NCBI RefSeq assembly: GCF_021028975.2
Contig: NC_059436.1
Location: 25,916,001 to 25,980,000, forward strand
Direction: 5' to 3'
Source of the DNA: Sphaerodactylus townsendi
Lineage: Eukaryota
DNA length: 64,000 nt
How positions within the stretch are numbered: the first letter of the stretch is position 1; every line of letters begins with the position of its first letter. A program made the translations under genes and the position numbers. Below the pieces are notes generated by a model. It saw nothing but the letters and a program-made list of their open reading frames with translations. It was not told the origin of the DNA and ran no database searches. This document shows, in pieces, positions 38,036-51,200 of this stretch.

Positions 38036-40642
38036 CTATACAGGAAAGAGATGGAATTGCCATGTTGCACGTCCCCCGTCCACCCCCCCCCGGTTCCTTT
38101 TGGTCACAACTGGAATGTGACCAGAGTACAATTATGGCAGCCTGTTAATTCCTGTCCAGGCCCAGTCTAGTGGGCTGCTCTACTTGTGAGGGGGGAGGGG
38201 GACTCTGGATCAAGGGGAGACTTGAAAAAATGGATTTGTGCATGGGACCGAGTATCTTGGTTATCCCAGAAATTCATTCATCAAAAGACTTTTGAAATCC
38301 AGCCTTCCTCAGAACTTTTGGGACTTGACTTTGGCTCCTCTGCTGCAGCTCAACAGGGCTGTCCACCTGAAACTACCTCACTGTGCCAGTTGCTGCTGTT
38401 GGCTTCCTCTCTTTAGTCAGGCTGCTACGCCCAACTGAGGGCTCCCGCACGCCCCCCAGTTATTCATCAAGGGCAACATCTGATATTGCCTCTCTGCAGA
38501 CTTATCTTTTTAATCCAGGCGAGGGTGTGTGTTCACGTGACAGCCCCCATCTTGTTTGGGAAGCAGGCTGCAGGGAGAGGGGGGACTGCTTTGTTTTCTA
38601 TTATTCTTTTTATTTGTATTTTCAGGGTTTGGAAGCCACCTTGAATATGTAGAAAGTCAGAATAAAAAGGTCTAATCATCAATACGTTGATACAGAAATC
38701 TGGCAGCATGAGAGCATGCGTGTCTGGTTGGCCATTTTAGGAAAACCCTCGTGAAATGGCTCATCCAGGCAGTGTGAACCTGGCATCTGTTGTGGGGGGG
38801 GGGGCGGGAAGTCGTGACCCGGGACTTCCTTGCTGGTCTCATATTCAAGCCCTAACCAGGGCTGATGCTGCTTAACTCCTGAGATCCCATGACATGGAGC
38901 TCGCCTGGGCTGCCCAGGTCAGGGTATTTCCATAGAGCACAGGAATGTATTTTTTCTTCACAGGGGGTGGCAGGGCTGGCTAGCTGGCTCCCCAGAGGGA
39001 ACCCACTTCTGAAGAGACTGTGTGACACAACAGCTGCAGTCCCCCCCCCCCCCCCATCACACTATTTGTTAAATTACTACCTGCATTATTTGGTTAACTT
39101 GGCAATATTGAAAGTTACCCTGAAATCAAAAATAAATTCTAGTGTAGAAGGTTATCCTGCATATAAATCACCATTAGCCTGCCTCATTTTTGTGTAATGC
39201 CTGCCTAACTGTGCTGCTGTCTAAAAATGTGTGTTTAGTCAAGTCAAGGGTTGCAGAGAAATTATAGGTTTTTCAAAAACCCATTTGCTTTGCTGGTGCT
39301 CACATCAAAATCAATCTTGCCTTTAGTTCTCAGTCCCCCTGCAAACATGCGGTACCACTCACTGAGTTCTGGCATTTAATGAAGGGTAGCATTAAGTCAG
39401 AATAAACCAGTGGCACTTGCAAAATGACGTCCCTTATGTGAGATGTTGTTGTACGCCAGAGCTGTGATGTGGCTGGCCACGGCTCTTGATATGTAGGTGT
39501 GCAAAAAATTCATTTGAGTGCAATTGTAGCACAGCACCCAGGTGCTTTATTATTTTTTAAAAAGAATATATATTGAAATGCTACTGTAGCAGTAGGAGAC
39601 GCGTTCTCTGAACTCTGAACTTCTGTTTGCTCAAAAGCTAGACTGCAGCCGCTCCCCTTGCGAGGAGGTTCCCAGCGGAGGAGCTGGACACTTGGGTTTT
39701 CTAAAAAGGAGAGCTGGGGATTCACTGCAGCGCTGCTGCAAAGGGGCATCAATGCAGCCACACTCCTCGTGGCCCGGGGGGGGGGGCGCAAGGGGCCCCC
39801 CAGGAAGGCCTGCCCTGGCTCTGCTGCCCTGGCACTATACCTGCAGGGAAACCACACCAGCCCCTCCCTCCCCCCCTCCCTGTGTGGAAGATGACGACGT
39901 CAGTGGACAGTGACGAACGTGTGTCTCATTCTGGTGCTGTCAGTGGACTGCTCAGAAAGAGCGTCTCCATTGGCCCTGTGATGGTGCTTGCTTGGCTGAG
40001 GACTGCTGTGGGGTGGCATTCGGACCGTAGAGCTGGGGTCCGGGAGATCCAGGTTGAAGTTGCCCCTCTGACCTGGGAGCTTGCTGAGTGGCCAGGGCCT
40101 GTTGCCCTCTTGTAGTCTGGTCTCATGGGGTTGTTGCCGTGAGGATAAAATGGAGGAGAGAAAATGGTGAGTGCTCTCCTGAGCTCGTGGGGGTGAGTGG
40201 GGTGGGGTGCGGTGCGGTGGGAGGGAAGGCGGGAGGGATACAAATGTCCCAGCTGTATAGATTGCTTATGGGAATGAAGGGCTGACGTCTGTGCTAATTC
40301 TAGGTTTCCACTGATTGAGTCAATTGTTTCCTCCTGGTGTCGGCCTGGTGGAGCCACAGACACAGGAGGCACGTATGGGGCAGTGAGAGATAAAGAGGCA
40401 GGGGCTTAGCTGCTGAGCTCTCATTATCTGCAGAAGGTCCCAGCTTCAGAATTCACGTGTGTGGAGAAGGATCCTTCTTGGCCAGGCCCCTGGTGAACTG
40501 CTGCTAGTTGGAGTGGGCAGTCCTGACTGCACTGGCTTGGTATAAAACCACCAGCACAGCACTGGGAGAGGGGCCCTGGTTCATTGGCTGAGCAGCAGCT
40601 GGGGACCCAGGGGTGGATGAAGGGAAAGGTCTTGCCCTAAGA

Positions 40643-40788
40643 CCGTGGTGGCGAACCTTTGGCACTCCAAATGTTATGGACTACAATTCCCATCAGCCCC
40701 TTCCAGCATGGCCAATTGGCCGTGCTGGCAGGGGCTGATGGGAATTGTAGTCCATAACATCTGGAGTGCCAAAGGTTCGCTACCACTG
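40643..40788. mobile_element. 146-bp near-perfect palindromic hAT MITE
   Basis: Two 73-bp arms with 5 mismatches and no spacer; TSD ccctaaga / gcctaaga. Confidence 0.93.
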
Positions 40789-41769
40789 GCCTAAGAGGAC
40801 CCTGGAGGAGGGCTGCCAGCCAGAGGAGCCGAGGCTGCCTTGGGTAGACCAGAGGCTGGACCTGTCAGAGGGGAAGGCAGCTCCCTACTTCAGATTGTTC
40901 CCAGCAAGCTTTGTTTCCGAAGACTGTTCCTGGCACAGATGCCCAACATGGCTTCAGGGATGGCTTTCCTTTCTCTTTCGCTACGGTGTGGAGTCCCTCA
41001 TTCTACCTCCCTGTCTAAAACCCCATCATAGCACCTGCCTGAGACTAGCGATTGATCCAGGAGCTCTGGCTGCTCATGTTGTTGTTGCCGGAGAGGTGAA
41101 AGGGCCCATCGGCTGCACCCCCCGTTCTGCCGTAATCTGGTCATCTACCTCTTTCTCCGTCTCTCTGCTGTGTGTTACCATTTAGTCTTTAACATTCCAG
41201 CAGCAAATGAACCTATATATTTTAAGACATCGTTTTATTTTGTTTCCAGAGACAATGAGTGCCTGGAGACTCAGAAAGAAGCTACCAAAAATTAAAGCTA
41301 CTTGGCATATTTATGGCTGTTGTGCTCTCATTCATATTCAGCGGCCTGCATTACGCTTTTGCGTTTCTATTTGGCTACCAGCCTGAGCCAGGTGGTGCCT
41401 CAGCCAGGCCTCCAAGCCATGTGCATGCACTGCCTAGCAGGCGGAGCCAAATGCAGATCCCAGGTGCGGCCCACAGGGCCCTGCGTGCTCCTTTGTCGGA
41501 AAGCAGGCTCTTCAAAAAACAGCCGCCTCTTTCTGCCATCAAGGCTGTGGGGCTGGGGGGGGAGGGGGGAATCAGAACCATAAAAGGTATTTGTGTCACT
41601 TCTTTTTTGGGGAGGGGAGCATGTAGAGGGGAAGGGGGGGCACCAGCCCAAAGCAGCACAACAGTTTTGGTCTCTGGGCTGGTCTGCTACACAGTGCTGG
41701 TTGGCTCCATTCGCCTCCTTTCCCTAATAAGGGGCTGCTTGGGGTAACAAATGGCATAATGGCAATTAT

Positions 41770-41824
41770 TACAACAACAAACAACAACAACAAACAACAA
41801 CAACAAACAACAACAACAACAACA
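41770..41824. repeat. (CAA)n microsatellite, imperfect
   Basis: Direct observation. Confidence 0.9.
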
Positions 41825-42389
41825 TTTGCGGGCTGCCTTTCCCTTGAGGGCTCAGGGCGACTTGTCCGTGCCTCGCTTATTCTTACCTTCTAGGTCTTCT
41901 TGCTTCGCTGCTGGCTCCCAAGCCTGTGAGTGACGCCTGCCCTGTTGTACATTTACATTAAGCAAAGAACTACTGGGGGGTTGTGAAAGTCGGTGCCGGC
42001 TGTGCCCGCCCTTATTGTGGACTGGAGGAGAAGGAGGCAGCCACTGTGCAGACGGGAGGCAAGTGAAGGCCCCTGACATCTCTGCCCCAGGAGCCGTGGG
42101 GTGCATCTTGCCATGTGTTTGCCTCCAACCCCGTGCCCTCCAATGCCCTCTGCTACATTTCTTGTGTTGTTTGTTCAGTAACGGAACTGCAAACTGGGGC
42201 TTTCCTGCCTTACCTGGCACATCCCCCCCCCTCCCCTCCATTCTGGGTAATGGGTAATCTAGTCTGATTGAAGACTTCTGAGCACCTGACTGGACATTTC
42301 TGAGTTTGCCCACCGTTTTGTGGTGTATGAGCTGGTTCTGACATGGTTTTTGTTTTGGGCCCCTGTTGTGAGAGGCTTAGGGTTAGCAT

Positions 42390-42426
<37 letters not shown>
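42390..42426. repeat. (CAG)n trinucleotide repeat, intronic
   Basis: Direct observation. Confidence 0.95.
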
Positions 42427-42427
<1 letters not shown>

Positions 42428-42910
42428 ATTCCCTCCTCATGTGAGCTGCCAAATGCAAACACGTGCAGCTGAGAAACGGAGAAGGACTTTCTCTGCGATG
42501 CATCCAGGATTCTAGGTGCATATTGCACAGAGTAGTTGCCGGGGTGGCCCGTGTGTCAAATGAGCACTTGGCTTGCAAGTCAGAAGAGTTTGCTTGTCTC
42601 ACTGTGAAGCTCCCGTGCAGAAGCTTGAAGAGCAACACACTTTGGCCTTTCTCAAACGACACCTTGCAAATGTTTATAGTGTTTTGAAGTAACACAGGAG
42701 CTTCTGTGGGAGTGGGGGGGGGGCACACACCTTACCTTCCTGATCCAAATCTTCTCTTCTCTGAGTGGTTAGGAAAAAAACAGAGGGAACGATGTGGATA
42801 CTGGTCTTTGTAGGATGAGTGTTGAGAGGGGCCAGTTTAGACTGGAGGAGGAGGAGGCAGAAGTTCTTCCTTGTCGACCTGACTCCAGTCTCCTTTGGGA
42901 GGCCCTCTAT

Positions 42911-43896
42911 CAGAGGCGTAGCTAGGGAAAATGGAGCCCAGGGCAAAATCTGAGTTTTGTGCCCCCCCCCCATATGGGTAGCCACCCTCCCCTACTACGA
43001 CCAAACAACATTTTTTGCACCAGGTCATCTCAAAGTCACCATCACATTATAGAACATGCCCCAACACACAAATCTGAACATACCCAGGGCTCCCTAGTTT
43101 AAACAACATTGAAAGTGATGCTATTTTTTGAAGGGGGGGGATCCACCCTGAAACAGCATCACTTTTAATGTTTAAACTAGAGAGTCCAGATTCACCTTAA
43201 AGGGAGACTCTGGGCTCCCTAGTTTAAACAATATTGAAAGTGATGCAGTTTCAGGATAGATTCCCCACCCCCCAAACCGCATCACTTTCAATGTTGGTTG
43301 TTGTGGGTTTTCCAGGCTGCATGGCCCTGGTCTGGTAGATCTTGTTCATAATCTTTCACCTGCATCTGTGGCTGGCATCTTCAGAGGTGTATCACAGAGG
43401 GAAGTCTGTTATACACTGTGTCCAGACTTCTCTTATAACAGAAAATTTGGGGGTGCCTGTCAGGGGAGCAGTGTTTAAGCTAACAGTGCCAAAATGTTAG
43501 GATATCTTCAGGAAACTCTCTTGATGATGCCACCCAAGTTTAGTGAAGTTTGGTTCAGGGGGTCCAAAGTTATGGACTCTCAAAAAGGTAGCCCCATCTA
43601 CTATTAGCTCCCATTGGAAACAATGGGAGATGGGGCACTCCTTTTGGGGGTCCATAACTTTGGACCCCTGAACAAAACTTCACCAAACCTGGGGGGTATC
43701 AGCAGGAGACTATCCGGATGATAGCCTGAAATTTTTGGTGCAGCTAGCCTAAAAATTGCACCCCCTGCTGGCCAACAAAGTAAAGACACTAAAAATACTC
43801 AAAAAATGTAGAAATGAGCCCAAATTTTTCTGCGCCCCCAATGGTGGGTGCCCGGGACATTTGTCCCCAGATGTCCCCATGGTATCTGTGCCTCTG
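42911..43896. mobile_element. Non-autonomous hAT (CAGAGGC termini) with internal palindromic modules and a nested Penelope-like fragment
   Basis: Ends CAGAGGC...GCCTCTG; perfect TSD ccctctat; internal modules shared with 57440-58380. Confidence 0.85.
43296..43425 (-). mobile_element. Penelope-like pLTR fragment nested in a hAT element
   Basis: Minus strand cctctgaagatgccagccacagatgcaggtgaaagattatg...cagcctggaaaacccacaacaacc. Confidence 0.75.
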
Positions 43897-46800
43897 CCCT
43901 CTATGGCTGCACTGAAGCCTCGGGACTCATCTCACACATCTCTGAAACGTTGGCTCTTTGGTTTTGCCCACTTGGGAGGGCTCCCATTTCCACCCAAACA
44001 AATAGTGTCTGGCCAATGACCTGCTGCTGACCATTGCCTCACTCTTCCACCGCAGGTGCTCTCACCTGGCTCTCTTGCCCGGGGGGTGGGGGTGGGGGAA
44101 GGATGGAGCTCCACGGGCCAGAGCATTTCCAGCTGCCTTCAAGCACAGGCCAGGAGGGCCTCTCTCTGCCTGTGGGCTGCTCCGCCAAAGGCCCTCCAGC
44201 CCCTACGGCTGTCGTCCACCCACGCTGCTGAGTGTGGCATAGGTGGCCTGAGCTCAAAGCCTCCCCGGAGGCCACCTGTCTGGGCAGAGCTTGCTTGTGC
44301 GACTGGGCCAGTCAGGTGTGGGAACAGACGGTGGTGTGACACGTCTGCCGGTGTGCCCGGATGCCATTGCCTGCCCTCAATGCTCTCCTAAGCAAACGCT
44401 CTGTGGGCTGGCGAGCCTCAGCAGAAGATCTGGGTTTCAGGTGTACGTCTGCTATGGGAACCTTTGTGCAGCTGCAATAAGATCCTTTTCTGCAAGGCCG
44501 GAGGCCAGGGGTGGGGGAGGGTTTAGTTCCCCTGCCCACTCCCCCTCCTGCCACGTGATGCCAGTCTTGACGTGTGAGCAGGAAAAATCTCCGTGGTCCT
44601 GGGTGGGAGCATGCCAGAGATGTGCCATGAAGTGGGAATGAGCCCACCGGGTCATCTAACTGTACCCTCCATCTCTTGGGGAATTCCCGACTTCTTTGGA
44701 TGCGTGGAAGCGTTGCCTCGTGCCTTGCAGGGGAGCAGTTGGCTCAGTTTTCATGCCAGGTGAGCATCCCTCTGTGTTGTTGCACTGCCTGGTTCTCCAC
44801 CCTGCCCACTTGCTTTCGGGGTGTCCTCCTGCCTGGTGAGCCCCCCCACCGCCCCGGCCACCTTCAGAGAGTTTCTGTTCAGGCTGGTTCCAGAGGAAGG
44901 AGTTGAAGACGTCATTCTCCCCAAATGGGGTGAGATTCCGTCTGAAATAATTCCATCCTTCCCTGGAGTCTTGGTGTGAATTTTATCTAATCACCATGGC
45001 AACAGATAAAAAAAGGTGTGAGTGCCACATCTCGCTTTTTGCTGAGATAATGCAGATTTAGATATTCAGATCAGATTGGAGCTGTAGATTCTAAATGGAA
45101 CAGGGAGCGAGGAATGTCATTCTGGGGCCTTGTGGATGGCGGAGGGGACCATTTTGTGCCACTGTGCTGGAAGTACAGTACAGGGTGCTGACAATTTGTT
45201 TTTGTTTGGGATATGACCCAAATAAATGAAGTGCCTGTTAGCTCTGGGTGGGCGGGGTGGGGGTGGGGGTGGGGGTGGAGTCCATTCAGCTGCAACGTAA
45301 TAGCTTAAGCAAAAGCCAGTGACTCTATCAAGGTCTGGGAGGCTCTACAAGCCCCTCCTTTGGACAGATGTGATGGGTGTGTGTTAGGACATCTTCTGCC
45401 TGCTCATCACAGCCTTCCGATCACGTTTGTTTCCTCAACAACTGTTCTCCCACGGCCCCCAAATAGGCCTCCCTCCAGCGAGCCCCAGGACACGGCTGGT
45501 GTGGCCACACCATCACTTCTGGGTCAAAGGTCCCCCTTGTCCTCACCTGCAGCCCTCTTGCTGGTTGCTGGACCTGGCCTGGCAGCCCCACTTCCCAGCG
45601 ACCCACTGGATTGCCCGGCACCTCCCGAGCGGCCTACTGGATTGGGCCGCAGAGGCCCTTTTCTCTCCTGGCCTTTTCCTCTTCAGCCGCCATTTTCCTG
45701 GCTTTCCTGTGGCAGCACCACAAGCTGGGTCAGATCTGGTAATGTTTTCATTTATTCCGATATGGACCCCCTGCTTCGTTCCCCAGCAGGACCCCAGAGC
45801 CAGATTACAACATGATCCCTTCCTTTATTTGATCCTTACAGCAACCCTGTTAGGTAGACTGTCAGAGAGAGACTTGCCCGTGACTCAGTAGGAAGTCAAA
45901 CTTGGGTCTTCAGGTGGGAGCCTGACACACTAACCACTAGGTCACAGCAAGCTGAGCTGAGTGTGAATTCCTTTGTCCTTTGTCCTTCTCTCAAGGGATG
46001 TGCTGTGGAAACAGCATTAACTCCTCTTAATCCCTCCCCAGGGGTGGGTAGCGTTAAAAATATTAGTTGCATCAAGTTAATAATAGCCAGACCCTCACAA
46101 CTATTAACATGAGACTCCGTCTACACGTGGCGGAGTCTTCCTATGTGTTGGGGGGAAATGTGAGTGCTTTGTATCGCACAGGGAGGTTTGTGCATCACAG
46201 ACACACCCTGGTTCTTTTTGGTTTGTGACCGCAGCAGGCAGGGAGAAGCAGTTCTCACCTCCCCTGCCCATTGTTTGGCATCCTCAAGCGACCCCGCGGA
46301 CCCAGGGCTGGCAGCTCAGTTGTGAAAGTTATGTGAAAATGGGAGGTGAATTGAGCTTTAAACTCTGTTCCGAAGGGCCCTCTTGGGGTTCTGCTACAAG
46401 AAGGTTAGTAGATTCTGAAGAGCAGCTCGGCTTGATTTATTTTGTTTACTACACTCGCCTGCTGCCTTTCCTAAGAAGTTCAAGGTCACTGTCAGCATTA
46501 CTGAAATACAGACAAGCAGATATTTAAGAATTCAACAAAACATCCATCCAGAACAATAAAAGCAGTGTTGAAAACGGAGCAAAGCCTTTGTTCTGCTAAA
46601 CCGAGCGTGCTTCTAAAAGCAAAGCAGCCTGTGCTTTCTGGCAAAACCCCACAATCAAGGGAAACTGATATGTCCAACTTGTGTGGCTTTTCTTCCAAGT
46701 GGAGCCATCCCTGAGAAGGCCCTGGACCAGCCCACCTGGATCGCGACGTGCTCTCTCCATGTCAGCGTCTGGAGCAGGCTGTGGTCCCCGGAAGGGCTCT

Positions 46801-46945
46801 TTCTTGCACCCCAAGCAACTCTCGCAGATGTTGTGGCCGCTGATTTTCTTTGTGCTGGAAGGCACCGAGAGGTCCTGTTCGACCACTATGAGTGGTTTCT
46901 CCTGGTGAACTTTAGATAAAGATTACGTATCAGAACTACTCACAT

Positions 46946-47196
46946 GGCTTGGACAGATTTATGGAGGAGAAGTCGATCTATGGCTACCAATCTTGATCCT
47001 CTTTGATCTGAGATTACAAATGCCTTAGCAGACCAGGTGCTCGGGAGCAACAGCAGCAGCTGAAGGCCATTGCTTTCACATCCTGCCTGTGAGCTCCCAA
47101 AGGCACCTGGTGGGCCACTGCGAGTAGCAGAGAGCTGGGCTAGATGGACTCTGGTCTGATCCAGCTGACTTGTTCTTATGTTCTTATGTTCTTATG
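46946..47196 (+). mobile_element. CR1 LINE 3' end
   Basis: GLDRFMEEKSIYGYQS, 3'UTR and (TTCTTATG)3. Confidence 0.93.
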
Positions 47197-48200
47197 ATTC
47201 CAGTTTCCAATGCTAGCATCTAGGCCAGTCGCCCTAAGCATAAGAATGTCAGAAGAGTCCGTCTGCAGTCCTGCATCCTCCTCCTACAGAGGCCAATCAA
47301 TTGTCCTGGAGGGCCAACAGATGGGGTGTAGAGGCCGGGGCCTTTCCCCTCGCACTGGTGTTCAGATGCTGATGGCCTCTGGACTTGGAGGTCTAGCAGC
47401 CACCAGGGACCCTTCTTCCTTCATAAATCTGGCTAATTTCCCTTTAGAGCTGTCTATGCCTGTGGTGGCCATCACTGTCCACTAGCCTGTCCTGAATCTA
47501 TTGCCCATCAACTTCATTGGGTGCCCCCCTGAGTTCTAGTATTATAGGAGAAAGGGCTCTCCCTGAGTTCTATCAGTTTCCCCCTAACTTTTTTCTAAAC
47601 TGAAAGGTCCCAACCTCTTTGGGCCTTTCCTAATGGGAAAAGTTCTCCAATCCCTTGATTACTCCCACTGTCCTTTTTTCCAGCTCTGCAACCACTGTCT
47701 GAGGCCCACAAAGGAACATCACAGCATTGTGTGTGGAACTGGTTGTTTCAGAAAGAGCAAAGGCATTGGTGGGAGCAGCAGTTTCCCTCCAGACACACGG
47801 CTTCACTTGGAACTGCTGGAGATGGGGGCGGTTACAGAGCCCCTTGACTGGTAGCAGAGGTGGCGGCAGAGTGTAGAGGCGAGGGGGCTTCCTGGGTGAA
47901 CAGAGGGCTGGACTAAGCAAGCAAAGTCCATTTATCTTTGATTTTCTAGTGATGGGCCCTCCTGTTTCCACCTCCGTGACTTCTTGGGCTAACCCAGAGT
48001 TGACAGACAGCCTTGTGCTTCTGGGCTGCTGAAAGGCAGAGGCCCAGGGAGAGCTCACCTTTTCCCAAAGACGCCTTCCAGCCTCCACTTTCCCCCTCTT
48101 CCTCTGCTACCAGCAGCCCTGGGAGGGCAGAGGGGCTCCTTAGCTGCCCCCACCCTTGTTTTGGAGAGATCCCACCCTCTCTCCTTCCCCTCTGAGCGAC

Positions 48201-51200
48201 ACATAAGAACATAAGAACAAGCCAGCTGGATCAGACCAAAGTCCATCTAGTCCAGCTCTCTGCTACTCGCAGTGGCCCACCAGGTGCCTTTGGGAGCTCA
48301 CATGTAGGATGTGAACGCAATGGCCTTCTGCGGCTGTAGCTCCCGATCACCTGGTCTGTTAAGGCATTTGCAATCTCAGATCAAGGAGGATCAAGATTGG
48401 TAGCCATAAATCGACTTCTCCTCCATAAATCTGTCCAAGCCCCTTTTAAAGCTATCCAGGTTAGTGGCCATCACCACCTCCTGTGGCAGCACATTCCAAA
48501 CACCAATCACACGTTGCGTGAAGAAGTGTTTCCTTTTATTAGTCCTAATTCTTCCCCCCAGCATTTTCAATGAATGCCCCCTGGTTCTAGTATTGTGAGA
48601 AAGAGAGAAAAATTTCTCTCTGTCAACATTTTCTAACCCATGCATAATTTTATAGACTTCAATCATTTCCCCCTCAGACGTCTCCTCTCCAAACTAAAGA
48701 GTCCCAAATGCTGCAGCCTCTCCTCATAGGGAAGGTGCTCCAGTCCCTCAATCATCCTCGTTGCACTTTTTCTATCTCCTCAATATCCTTTTTGAGATGC
48801 GGCGACCAGAACTGGACACATTACTCCAAGTGCGGTCGCACCACTGCTTTATATAAGGGCATGACAATCTTTGCAGTTTTATTATCAATTCCTTTTCTAA
48901 TGATCCCCAGCATAGAGTTTGCCTTTTTTACAGCTGCCATCCATTGAGTTGACATTCCCATGGAACTATCAACTAAGACGCCTAAATCCCTTTTCTGGTC
49001 TGTGACTGACAGCACTGACCCCTGTAGCGTGTATGTGAAGTTTGGATTTTTTGCCCCTATGTGCATCACTTTACATTTTGCTACATTGAACTGCATTTGC
49101 CATTTCTGAGCCCACTCACCTAATTTATCAAGGTCCGCTTGGAGATCTTCGCAATCCTTTGTGGTTCTCACCACCCTACATAATTTGGTATCATCTGCAA
49201 ACTTGGCCACCACGCTACCCACCCCTACTTCCAGGTCATTTATGAATAGGTTAAAGAGCACTGGTCCCAAAACGGATCCTTGGGGGGACACCACTCCCGA
49301 CATCTCTCCATTGTGAGAACTTCCCATTTACACCCACTCTTTGTTTCCTGTTTCTCAACCAGTTTTTAATCCATAGGAGGACTTCCCCTCTTATTCCTTC
49401 ATTGCTGAGTTTTCTCAACAGTCTCTGGTGAGGAACTTTGTCAAAAGCCTTTTGGAAATCGACAATGTCCACCGGTTCACCCCTGTCCACATGCCTGTTT
49501 ACACCCTCAAAGAACTCTAGTAAGTTTGTAAGACAGGATTTGCCTCTGCAAAAGCCATGCTGACTCTTTCTCAGCAGGTCTTGCTTTTCTACATGTTTTA
49601 TAATTTTATCTTTAATGATAGATTCTACTAATTTACCAGGAACAGATGTCAAACTGACTGGCCTGTAATTTCCCGGGTCCCTAGATCCTTTCTTAAAGAT
49701 TGGTGTGACATTGGCCATCTTCCAGTCTTCAGGGATGGAGCCTGATTTCAGGGATAAGTTGCATATTAAAGTGAGAAGATCAGCAATTTCATGCTTGAGC
49801 TCTTTAAGAACTCTTGGGTGAATGCAATCTGGGCCAGGGGATTTGGTAACATTTAGTTTATCAATGGCTGCCAGAACTTCTTCCTTGTCTACCACTATCT
49901 TCGCTAGTTCCTCGGATTCACCTCCTAGAAGCTTGGTTCAGGTGCAGGAATGTTCCTCACCTCCTCTTGGGTGAAGACAGATGCAAAGAATTAATTCAGC
50001 TTCTCTGCAATCTCCCTGCCATCTTTTAGCACACCCTTTGTTCCTTTGTCATCTAACGGGCCTACCGCTTCCCTTGCTGGCTTCCTGCTTTTGATGTACT
50101 TGAAGAACTGTTTGTTGCTGGTCTTGATGTTCATAGCCATGCGTTCCTCATAATCTTTTTTTGCCTCCCTTACAGCTAACTTGCTTCTCTTTTGCCACCA
50201 TTTGTGTTCCCTCTCATATTCTTCATCAGCCAAACTGGACTTCCATTTTCTAAAAGATATTTTTTTTTTTCTGATAATTTCCTCAACCTCTCTTGTTAAC
50301 CATGGTGGCTTTCTTTTGACTGGGTGCTGCCTTTTCTAACCTGTGGAACACATTCCAGCTGTGCTATTATTACTGTGTTATTAAATAACCTCCAAGCATC
50401 CTGGACAGTTTTGACTCTCTTGATTTTCCCTTTCAGCTTCCTGAAGCGCACTATCCCCCTCATCTTTGAGAAATTTCCCTTTCTGAAGGCTTAATGTAAC
50501 TACATTAGTAGTTGCCACTTGTTCGGCATGCTGAGATACTGAATTTGACAGCATTGTGGTCGCTGTTCCCTATCGGCTCAACAACACTGACTTCCTGCAC
50601 CAGGTCCTGGGTCCCACATAGAATTAGATCTAGGATCACCTCTCCCCTGGTTGGTTCCACAACCATCTGCTCTAAGCCACAGTCATTTAGCATATCCAGG
50701 AATGCTCTCTCCTTACTATGACCTGAACATGCATTTTTCCAGTTTATATGGGGATAGTTAAAATCACCCATTACCACTACATTTTTTTTGTTGGCCTCTC
50801 TAATTTCTTTTTCCATCTCAGAATCCTCTTTTGCACTTTGGTCAGGGGGACCATAATATATTCCTAATATTAAACTGTCCTTCACACCTGGTATTGATAT
50901 CCACAGTGATTCTGTAGGGGAACCAGCTCCCCTTGCATTGTCTATTTTATGTGATAAGATGCTCTCTTTGATGTAAAGGGCAACTCCACCCCCAATGCGC
51001 CCTGTCCTATCCTTCCTATAGAGCCTATAGCCTGGTATAACAGCATCCCACTGGTTCTCCTCATTCCATCATGTCTCTGTAATGTCCACTATATCAAAGT
51101 CCTCCTTCAAAACTCTGTACTCCAGCTCTCCCATTTTAGGTCGAAGGCTTCTACTATTAGCATAGAGACACCTGTATACCCTGCCTCTGACCTTAACCTG

